Shown: positions 25,633-35,738 of the stretch, piece after piece
Layout of the letters: each line of letters begins with the position of its first letter
Numbering within the stretch: the stretch's first letter is position 1
Assembly (NCBI GenBank): GCA_000697335.1
Contig: JNEM01010683.1
Span: 1 to 35,738 of the forward strand
Reading direction: 5' to 3'
Length of the DNA stretch: 35,738 bases
DNA from: Conidiobolus incongruus B7586
Taxonomy: Eukaryota
Position numbers and translations under genes: made by a program
The notes under the pieces: generated by a model
Databases searched by the model: none
The model's input: the letters and a program-made list of their open reading frames with translations, nothing else
What the model was told of the DNA's origin: nothing

Positions 25633-28559
25633 TCTATTAGTATAGATCTATTCAATATTTGATATGTTATTGTAACATTATAGTGACTAAATTTATTCAA
25701 TTTACAAAATTTATTATAATTCTGTAATTTTTGTTATCTTGATAATCTTAATAATCTTAATATTTTGAAACTTAGTTGCTATTGTTATTTGAGTAATCAG
25801 AATTATATCCCACTTGGTCCAAATAATGAGATACATTTGGAACTATTAACAATTTTCAATAATTTATAAAGTACGAATGAATAGCATATAATAACATTAT
25901 GATTATCACAATGTCAATGTTTACATGCAATTTTAATATAAATATTTTGAGTTTAATATACAATTCAGTTCATTTTCGTTTATATTTGTAAAACCAATTA
26001 TGATAACTTTGTAATAAACAAAAAAATATGTGTGAATACTTAGAAAAATTATTAATTTATTAATAGAATTAAATAATCCTAAAAAATTCTATTCATAAAA
26101 TTTTTCTATAGATTTAAATTATACTAATGATAATAAATTATTATTTACAAAATAATATAAGCCATCAATATATATTAAATCAAGGATATCTCCTTAAATA
26201 TTGATTGGTTAACTTTATGAAATTTAGGTGGAATTTATGGTGAAATTAAAAAAATAATAATAAAAATTTGAAAGATACTTAACTATTGTATTTCATTGAA
26301 AAAAATATATTATATATTTATTTTATTTTACTTAAAATAATTGACAAATATAAAATATATAATAATTTATAATATATATTTAGTTTAAAAAATTGAAATA
26401 TAAATAGATAACTGATTAAATATTTGAAATTCATATATCATAATAATAAAATCAATAATTATATTCAAAATTAGAAATTTGGTAATATATAAGTTGGAAC
26501 TTGCAATATTATCGAAGTAACTATGTATATATCTAATGAATTATTATTAATATCATCAATATATTTAAATTTATTGAAAAATTATCAAACCTATAATCGG
26601 AATATAAAATCCTAATTTTTTTTTGAATGATAATATTTATCTACTTTATTCAAATATCTCTATCGAGTATAAAGCAAAAAAAAATTAAAAAAATAAAAAA
26701 TAATATAAAATTATGTTATATTTATTTACTTTTATCAATATATAATTTTTAATATTATTGTTAAAAATTATATTTCATAATAAATATATTGTTATATTAA
26801 AGCATAATTTGATTAAGTTCAATAAAACTAATTCCATAATTAAAACATTAAACAATATTTTATTTTGAATAAATTATTTATTATGATATAAAATTTTTCA
26901 AATTAAGTGTAAGAGATTCAAATCTATTATTTAATTTACCTTTAGATCTGACTGTTTTAATATTATCTAAATTTATCTTATTCAATGATTTTAAAGGATA
27001 AATATATAAAGTTTTAATTAAATATTATTTTATTAATCACCATTCTTTCAATTTTACTTTATTACTATAATATAGAATTATAAATGATTATATATTGAGT
27101 TATCTTAATTATATATATTATAAAAGTTTTTATAAATTTTAAAAATATTCCTGATGTCATTCAAAATTATAAATAATTTAATAATAATATGAAAGAATAT
27201 ATTAATGTATTATTGTTAAGAGACTAGTTCTCTAAATTTGTATATATAATTCTATATTTATAATAACTTTTAATACATCAAGTAATTTATACCTGTAAGG
27301 TTAATTTAATTATATAAATATAATTAATTTAACTAAAAAATAGGCTTCTTCTCCTTTATCTCGATTCTTACTATTTTTCTGATTGTATTAATTACTATTA
27401 TTCTTAAGATAAAGACTATTATTATCACTATTATACTGCATATCGATACTATCTACTCTAGATATAATTATATTGACTAGTTTATTTGAATCTCAAATAA
27501 ACTCACTGATATATTAAATCAATTATGTCATCACCAATTTAAATCTTCCTCTGTAACTGACCTTACCACCTACTACTGTTATAGCTATATTATATAAAGT
27601 ATTTTATATTAATTATTCAGAAAAAGTTTACTAGTTGTAATTAATAACAAAAGAATTTTAAAATATCCAACATAATACTAGTTTAATAAACCTAAAGCTG
27701 AAAGATTGAAAAGCCTTATTATGTTTAAATTAAACACAATCTATTACCAAATAAAGGAATACAAACAAAGTGAATATATATAAATTATTACTTGTATGCC
27801 TTAGTAGAAATATTAGCATAATAGCTATATTCTAATCTTCTCTATAATATATTCTTATTAAAAAATAATTTGCATTTTAAAAATAATGAAAATTCAAATA
27901 AATTATAATTATAATAATACTTGTTTACTTTTTTATAGGCAAAAGAAAACTAATATTGAATAAAATTAACTCACATTAATAATGAGTTTTGAGAAATTAA
28001 ATTAATATTTCATAATAATAATTTTAGTATAATGTATTTTATATAAAATTTTAATATAAAAAAATTGAAATAAAACTATTTTGATACACAATATTAAAGA
28101 TCCAAGTATCTAATTAATGTATTAAATTAAGGATCCAAGTTTTAATAAAGTTAGGTTAATATTTAGTAAATTAAAAAGAAATTTCGAATTTGATATGTCT
28201 CAATTAATGTTCTTAAGTATCTTATATCTGTATTAAAAATTAGATATATAATTTTTATGTAGCAGAAAATAGCTGTAGTGGAAAGAGAGTTTTAATAAAA
28301 CAAAATAAAATATTATATCAAATAAATCAATACTATCCTATTTAATCATTAAATAATAATGATGATTAATTAAAAGCAAAAAAATGTTAAAATACCCATA
28401 AGAATAGTCTTATATTTTCAAAAATAATAATGACTAATGTTAGTTAAAGAAGATGAATAAAATTTGAGAAAAGAAAAAGAAACCATGGTGATTTATCAAA
28501 ATTATTTCATTTATTAAAAAAATATTTATAATTTGATTTAGTTATAATTTTAATATGTA

Positions 28560-29370
28560 AATAATTATTTAAATGTTAAAAAATTACGTAAATTATAATA
28601 AAAAATTAACATTTCTAGTCTTATAAAAAAATAAGAAATTAGATAGCCAATAAAAAGTAAATGTTACATTAATATTTATCCTGTTAGAGTTGAAAAAAAT
28701 TACTATAATAGATAAATCATGGATTAAAAATATGATCTGTGACCAAGAAATCAAAACCAATAGTAAATACCAATGGAAATATTATTGAAAACAATGGTTA
28801 CTATAATGTATGAATATTATCAAAAAATTATTGATAATAATTAAATGTATTTTATTTAAATTATACTATTGATTAATGTAAACAAATTAAACACTTTTGA
28901 ATATCTTCAAAATGGATAAATTGAGTTGTTTATAAATTTTCTGGATATATCAATCTGGTTAAGACTGAAGATTTATTTAAATAATAACAAAGTTTGATAG
29001 ATAATGGATAAAATAAATTACTTTTAATATAATAAGTAACGAATGATTACTAATTATACTCAGAATTATTTAAATTATTATGCAAGATTTATTCAATTTA
29101 AAGTCATAATATATATATATATAATTTAAAAATAATATATTAATTATAAGTTAGAACTTAATGGAATAATTTAGGAAAATGTGATAAATATAAAAAAATT
29201 ATCAAACTGTAATTAAACATTAATGAAGTATTATAATAATAATTATACTTACATCATCAACTAACAAAACTTTGCTTATTCAAAAAACTGGTTTTTATTA
29301 ATCTATCCTATGTACTCACCAAATGTATATCCTGGTGATTGTTAATATTTTGTAGTTTAATTTGATATGC
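28560..29370 (+). mobile_element. Third, more fragmentary mariner-like transposase relic C
   Basis: KITIIDKSWIK near 28700-28730 (first-D motif) and KNWFLLIYPMYSPNVYPGDC near 29283-29342 (HPxYSPDxxPxD). The spacing is longer than expected and the ends are uncertain. Confidence 0.5.
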
Positions 29371-29749
29371 AAGTCTGATGACATTTTGACATATTAAAAT
29401 TGAGAATATAAATTTGAAGATGAGTTATGAAAAACTTCGTAAATGGGTTATAAAATTAAGACTAATATATTTCAATATTAATGGAAATTGAAGAAAATAT
29501 TAATTATTAAAGTTATATTATTTTTTATATCACTTTTTTTATTTTATTAAAAAGAAATTAAAATCATTAAGCTTACTCTTTGGATCAATGTATAACAAAT
29601 TAATTTATATTAATTTAAATTTATATTTGAAAAAATAATCAAAATTAAAAATAGTTATTTCACTCAAAAATAGATGTAGATTAATAATCTTAAAATATTT
29701 TAATTCAATATAATTTTGAATATTCATAATTATCACCTATTATTCGAAT

Positions 29750-30961
29750 TTATTCAATTTTCTTCTCTATCTCATCCAAATTTTCCAAAGCGTGTTGCAA
29801 AGCTTTTGCAGCATATTCAAAATCTTGTAAATTTAAATGAAGCTGGGCACTTAAGCGAGTGTACCACTTATTCTTAAAATAAAATAATTTGATTCTGATG
29901 GAGAATTTTTTGAGAATATATTGTTCGAAGGCGATTTGTAAATTGACAGATTCAGGTCGGTTTAGGGGGATTTCAATGTTAGTCATGAAGCCAATTTGAG
30001 ACGGTTGGCCGAGGACTTGAGTTCTTAAAATTTTAGCTACAAGGTTGCCTCCCAATATTGCTAGATTGTGATTATACTCATAAATGACGTCATCTCCAAT
30101 GCTTTGACGATATTCGAGAGCTTTGGGAGCGCTAAACCAATTTGAAAAATCGAAAGTACCAAACCAATTAAACTTTTCACGCAAGCTTTTACTGCTGTAA
30201 CCATAAGTAGTGATAAAGTTACGTACTTTGGATTGGTGATGAGGTGCGATGTAAAGAATAGCAGTGCCACGACATGCAAAGCCCCACTTGTGAATATTGG
30301 TGACAAAGTAATCGGGTTGGAAACCCCCAATATTCAATTTGATTTGACCAAATGCATGGGCACCGTCAATAAACACTTGGGTTCCGTAGCTTTGGATCAG
30401 TTTGCACAATCTTTCGTAGGGCAGGATCAAACCAGGTACAGAGATGATTGCATCAATGATCGCTAATTTAGGCACTCTGCCCAAAGTTTGGAGATTGTCG
30501 AACTTGCGCTTGTAAATCTCGACTAATTCATCATCGGTTTCGGCATTATAGTCGAGTTGGAGAAGTTCAATACCTTTGTTATCCCTCAACTGCTCTACCA
30601 ATATTCGAATAGCTGCATACGTCACTGTGGAATAAACTATTAAATCGCCTGGCTGGAGACCCATAGTCTCCAACACGTGGACAAAGCCTTGGGTTGCGTT
30701 GGACACAAATACTGTATCCTTAGCAGGTGCGCCAATATATTCTGCAAGTGGTGCAACAGATTTTTCTAACAGCTCCAATCTTCTGTCACTAATATAAAAA
30801 TCAGAATGGGATTCAATCTTCTCAAGCCATTCAACCCTATCTTTATGAACGCTCTTGGGAATCATACCAAACGATCCACAGTTCAGCATAGTTAAACCCT
30901 TTTCGATCATAAAATCATCAGGTCTATAGCCCTGGGGATTTAATTCAATTTCATTCACCAT
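29750..30961 (-). CDS. PLP-dependent aminotransferase class V (Egt2 hercynylcysteine sulfoxide lyase / L-cysteine desulfhydrase / LolT-like), 403 aa
   Basis: LNCGSFG, VSNATQG, IDGAHAFGQ, PLP-lysine motif TNIHKW, WFGTFDFS and RLSAQ. Confidence 0.9.
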   Translation of the reverse strand: MVNEIELNPQGYRPDDFMIEKGLTMLNCGSFGMIPKSVHKDRVEWLEKIESHSDFYISDRRLELLEKSVAPLAEYIGAPAKDTVFVSNATQGFVHVLETMGLQPGDLIVYSTVTYAAIRILVEQLRDNKGIELLQLDYNAETDDELVEIYKRKFDNLQTLGRVPKLAIIDAIISVPGLILPYERLCKLIQSYGTQVFIDGAHAFGQIKLNIGGFQPDYFVTNIHKWGFACRGTAILYIAPHHQSKVRNFITTYGYSSKSLREKFNWFGTFDFSNWFSAPKALEYRQSIGDDVIYEYNHNLAILGGNLVAKILRTQVLGQPSQIGFMTNIEIPLNRPESVNLQIAFEQYILKKFSIRIKLFYFKNKWYTRLSAQLHLNLQDFEYAAKALQHALENLDEIEKKIE

Positions 30962-31329
30962 GTTAATTTAAACAAAAAAATTGATAATTGTTATTATGAG
31001 AAATTGAAAAAAGGTTGAATTTTTATAGGTTTCAAAGTCTCAATGATTCTAATATTGAAAATAATTTGAATTATTCATAAAATTTACCCAATTAACCAAT
31101 TATTTTAAAAATTTTAAAGGAAAATTAGAAATAAATAATTTTAGAGTAAGAAATAAAACAAAAATTCAAAAAATTTCCTAAATTGTATTATTTGATTGAA
31201 AGAAAATATTAAGTCATATGATCTTTGATTTATAATTCATTTGTATCACAATGACAATAATATTGAATTTTAAGTGATAAAATGTAGTTTAATTAATAGT
31301 TTAAAGTTATAACTTTGGATTTAATGTAA

Positions 31330-32520
31330 ATTGTTATAAAATTGTCAAATTCGTTTTAACTCTCAACCAATCTTTCAGTGTGCCCTAAATTCAACAGCAT
31401 TTGAGAATACAATCTGACATAGTAACTGTGTTAGAAATTAGAAAATTCTCAATCTGGTCTGATGATACTTGAGTAATTATTGATTGAAGAGCTATGGAAA
31501 GTTGTGCAATAACATTTAAAAAATGGGTAATATCACATTGGTTATGAAGCCTAATTGAGAGTTTTGTCCCTCTACTTTCGTGCCAAGGATTTCAGCTATT
31601 CTATTATCTCCTAGAACGGCTAGGGAGTAATTATAGTCTTAGATCTGGTCGTCACCAACGTTGTAGCTGTACTCCAAAGTGCTCATAGCTGCATATCATT
31701 AGAAAAAATCGATGTTTCCTGACCATCGAAATTCCTCATGAAGTGTCTTTGGCATTTACCCGTACATGTCAATCACATTTTCCATCTTATCCACATGATC
31801 TGACTTCATGTAAAGTAGAGATTAATCGCTGACACTGTATTACCATTTTTGTAGATTCTTCACCAAAATATCCGGATGAAATTTTTAATATACCTTTTTA
31901 TTTAACCAAAAGCGTGTGCAGTATCCATTAATACTAATCCACCTTATCTCTTAACTAATTTGGTTATCCTTTTATATTTTTGGATGATTGCTGAAATGAA
32001 ACTGGTTACATGGATCAGCGCTTGCTTGACCTATTTACCTCTTAATTCTACATCATAAATGGCTTTATTCAACAAGTTAATACAGTTCGTCGTCTAAGGA
32101 ATCGAAATCGATTTTGACTACATCAACATCTATTGTGTCTTTGAATATTCTAAACATATGTTTAATACCTGTGTAAGTTTCGCTGGATGCTAGAATCACA
32201 TCGCCTCCCTCCAATACAATGTTACCGAGTAAATGAAAAACTCCAGTTGTCGTATTATCGACCTGTACCACATCTTCAGGATTAGCTCACCTATGCATTG
32301 CCAGAATGGAGGTTATTTTCAACGCGAGCTCCGTCAACCTGTAAGCGACATAAGGATCGGAGTGAAATTCAACTCTCTTGAGTCATTTGAATTTTCTATT
32401 ATTTACCAATTTGTGCACCGCACCAAAAGCTTTTGTATTGATGTAGACAAGATCTTCGTTGAAGAGGAAATCTTGGAGACTAAATTTTGAGATTTTGTTG
32501 GATATTTTTAGAGGATGATA
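31330..32520 (-). pseudogene. Pseudogene paralog of the adjacent class V PLP enzyme
   Basis: Collinear motifs DFLFNEDLVYINTKAFG, VDNTTTG, MDTAHAFG*IK, FHPDILVKNLQKW, EEFRWSGNIDF, VGDDQI*DYNYSLAVLG, QLGFITNV, YVRLYSQ. Many stops and frameshifts. Confidence 0.88.
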
Positions 32521-33227
32521 TGATGTGAAATGATTCAAAATTGAAAATATATAAATTTAAAACATTATAAAATCATTTATAATATATTATCAGAAATTCA
32601 AATCCTAAATGTAAGATATGTCTATCCTACACTATATCCAAATCATTATAGATAATACTCTAATTTGTAAATTAGTTAAATTTTAATAAATATCACTCTA
32701 AATTTTAAGTAATGACTTTTTTGAAATTGAATTTAAATTAAACTTTAGATATATAATTTAAAAATAAATTTATATTATAAAATTAATATTCTCTTTAATT
32801 ATTATTAATTTTGGTATAGTAATAATCTTTAAGAATAGTTTTTTTGTTAAAAATTAAAATTTTTATATAGTGTTTAATATTGTCGATATTTAATTTATAA
32901 GCAAAAAAACTAATATTCACCAAGGTTGATTAATTAAATTAATAATAATAATTAAATTAATAGATTACAGCTTATATAAAATATAATATAAAGTTTATCA
33001 AACTTAACATAAAATTATTATTTAAAATTAATAATAGTATAAACTTAATATAATATTAAAGGTTTATTTATTTAATGAATTAATATATAATTCAAAGGAT
33101 TATAAATTCAGTTAAATTTAAATATAATATAATAATATTACTTGTTGATTTAAATTATAGGAATTTTTGCTATTAAAAAATTAAACATTTTAATATATAA
33201 AATATAAAATAAGTATATAATATAAAA

Positions 33228-33951
33228 TTAATAGTTTCTTCTATTTTTAATAACTTTTTGCTATACTTTTAATGAAGGTTCAATACTTAAAATATAATTC
33301 TTTTTATTCAAAATTAAAATATAATATTTTATAAAGTAATTAAATTTTCCTGTAGAAATTTTCTTTCTTATAAGTTAGTTTTTTGACTACCTAAAACAAT
33401 TATCATTACATAGGTTATAATCTAGAGAATATACTAGATATAGTAGTTTTTTTAATTATTTTTAACTAAAAAATTCTTTATAACTTTAGCTTTATATATT
33501 TTACAATTATTATATAAAGTAATAAGTTTTTTTAGTTTATATTAAAAATATTGATTAATAATAATTTGATTTAAAAAGACAATATAAAGTTTATTATTAA
33601 TTGATTTCTTAAAATCTAAATAAAAATAACATATATTATTATAATTTATCATAATAATTAATATTTGCTTATCAATAAAGTATTTAATTAAACAAATTTA
33701 TAAAAGGGGTTGATTTAACTTAATTTAATATTTTGATTTATATTAGCTAAAAGATTATATAAAATAATTTAAGAAATATCAATTATAATAATTTATGATA
33801 AAAGCTTTAGTTTCTAGCTATATTTTAATAAGTTTTATTTAGCAATAGCTATTTTAGTTCTTTTTAAGCTTTAATAAAAATATAAGGTATTTATTTTATA
33901 GCTTGATTAATTAATTTTAATTTATATTTTAATATATATATATTACATATA
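33228..33951 (-). mobile_element. Mariner (DD34D) transposase relic B, 3' part
   Basis: *IPYI (WVPH), IIIDIS*I, LYNNCKIYKAKVIKNFLVKNN*, LLYLVYSLDYNLCNDNCF and *QKVIKNRRNY* (RWQKVIENGGxY). Nucleotide homology to relic A. Confidence 0.78.
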
Positions 33952-35521
33952 CACTAGCCTATAAAAATAAGTTATAAAATTAAAAATATATATATTTCTA
34001 TTAATTTCTTAATCAATTCTAATTTAAATAAACTTATATTAAACTATATAATTAATATATATTTTCTATCTATAATATATTATATAAAGTTAAATTTAAT
34101 TAATTATTAATTGATATATTAAAACTAAAAATATACTTAAGATAAGTTATAAATTTGTGGGTTTTAGTATTGATAGAAAAATTAATATCTAGTATATTTA
34201 TCTTTTGCTTTTCTAACTTCTTTAAGTTTATAGGGTATAAAGTTAATTAGCTTCTTATATTAGGTAAAACTAATATTATTCTAATCTTCTTAAATATACT
34301 TTTAAAGTTAATTTAAATTTTTTGCTGGGGGGAAAACTTTAATTAATTTTTTTAATTAATCCTAAAGATATTTAATTAAGTTAAGATTAAAAGATTAAGG
34401 AGGTTATTTTATAATAGTTATTTTGTTATTTTTAAGCTATTTAATAATAAAATTTGTAGTATAATAAGGTGTATTATCTTGTTGGAAAATGATATTTAAT
34501 CTTTTTAATTTATACCACTTAATAATTTTTTTTCAATTTATTATTTAGAATACTTTGGTATATCTTAATATTAATTCCTTTATCAACCCTACAAAGATAC
34601 CCTATACCTAAAGATAATATATATCCTTAAATTTTAATTAACCTATTATTATATTTTTGTGTTATAATAACATAATAGTTATAAAGTGGTTCTTTATCTT
34701 TTTTGAAATATTTAGCTTTTTTATTAGATTTATTTAAATATATCTTTATTTCATTAGATTAAATAACTTTACTCTAATTAGTTTTGGTTCAACTTTAGTA
34801 TTGATATTTAAACTCTTGCCTAACCTTATAATAAAACTTATTTAGTTAAAGGTGTTTTTTCTTAAGATATAAGCAATATCTATTTTAATATAAGGTATAT
34901 ATAATAATATTAGTACTAACTAATATTCTTGTATAGTCTTATAATTCTTATTATACTTTTATAATAGTATTATATTTACCTATATTAACTAATCTATAAA
35001 TATAATTTTTATTATGTTTATTTATAATCTTAACACACTTAAATTTTGGTTTATGTGTTTTTTTAACATTATTTTTAATAACCTTAACTATAATAAATTA
35101 ACTAACACTAGTAACTCTAGCAATCTCACAAATTGATTTATTTTTATTTTAAAGTTGATTAATATATAAGTAAACTTTTTTAGAGAGAGATTTAGGCATT
35201 ATAATATTAATTTTAAAATATTAGCTTAATAGTTTTATAATATATATAATATAACAAAAGAAAAAGAAGATATATATAAGTTTTGTTATTTATACCCTAT
35301 TTATTTATATATTTGCAAATTTATAACTCATTTTGGTTAAATTTTAAGTTTTGATATAATTAACCAATAGTTAATGAAATATAATCAATAAAGTTAGTTA
35401 TTATTAATTAATATAGGTAAACTATATTTTTTAATTTAAATATATTTAATTAAGAATTATTTAAGATATAGGTAAATATTTCAGTAATTTTGATTTTATG
35501 ACTCATTTTTGCAAGCTAGTA
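33952..35521 (-). mobile_element. Complete decayed Tc1-family (DD34E) DNA transposon, 1570 bp, with TIRs and TA target duplication
   Basis: Left end CACTAGCCTATAAAAATAAGTTATAAAAT versus right end (reverse complement) TACTAGCTTGCAAAAATGAGTCATAAAAT. Flanked by TA at 33950-33951 and 35522-35523. Confidence 0.9.
34182..35199 (-). pseudogene. Tc1 transposase pseudogene (about 339 codons)
   Basis: MPKSLS start, *SKVI*SNEIKI (WSKVIWSDETK), LGIGYLCRVDK, IIFQQDNTP, K*PP*SFNLNLIKYL*D (WPPQSPDLNPIEHLW), KAKDKYTRY*. 34 residues lie between the second D and the E position. Confidence 0.9.
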
Positions 35522-35738
35522 TATAACTAATATTAAAATATTTTAATAATTTTTTAATCAAAATAAAAAAATATTTTTGAATATATTTTTTCACTCTTTT
35601 ATTAATTAAAAAATTTATATATAAAATTAGTTTTTAAAACTTTAATATGATCTAAATAATTATTATCTAATAATAAATTAATGATTTAAATAATATAATA
35701 TTACCAAAAGTTACTAATAAAGATTAAATATTTTTATA
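35522..35738 (-). mobile_element. Mariner relic B, 5' part (runs off window)
   Basis: Joined across the TA, the sequence aligns with relic A at about 7360-7510. FGNIILFKSLIYY* resembles the mariner HTH. Confidence 0.65.

Noticed and set aside
24245..25645. Overlapping and antisense ORFs within ICL1 (similar ones in the monooxygenases, LYS9, SAPS and PLP genes)
   Set aside because: Shadow ORFs of GC-richer coding sequence with no motifs.
25630..25665. Stop-codon readthrough adding a peroxisomal signal to ICL1
   Set aside because: The extension would be SISIDLFNI*, which has no PTS1, and the context is not TGA-CTA.
32900..34700. LINE reverse transcriptase / AP endonuclease relic (LDFKK, IIIG*L look-alikes)
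   Set aside because: Other frames give much better, collinear mariner and Tc1 motifs, with TIRs.
1..35738. CRISPR array, rRNA or prokaryotic operon structure
   Set aside because: No spaced repeats or rRNA-like sequence. Spliceosomal introns show the DNA is eukaryotic.

Overview
Very AT-rich eukaryotic DNA with short GT-AG introns, most like an early-diverging fungus (for example a Conidiobolus-type genome; this is inference). Intact genes: a tandem array of intronless FAD-dependent monooxygenases (one cut by the window edge, two complete), saccharopine dehydrogenase (LYS9-type, 7 exons), a SIT4/PP6-associated SAPS protein, an intronless isocitrate lyase and a class V PLP enzyme (Egt2/cysteine-desulfhydrase-like). 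The apparently empty AT-rich stretches hold decayed elements missed by the ORF track: an ERI1-type SAP+DEDDh exonuclease pseudogene, a tRNA-Gly(TCC) pseudogene, a pseudogene paralog of the PLP enzyme, two or three mariner (DD34D) relics, and a complete 1.57-kb Tc1 (DD34E) element with TIRs and TA target duplication nested inside one mariner. The transposons are erased almost entirely by C>T/G>A transitions, mostly CpA>TpA, which is a RIP-like signature. Near-identical tandem host genes nearby are untouched, and the host pseudogenes show a more transversion-rich decay.
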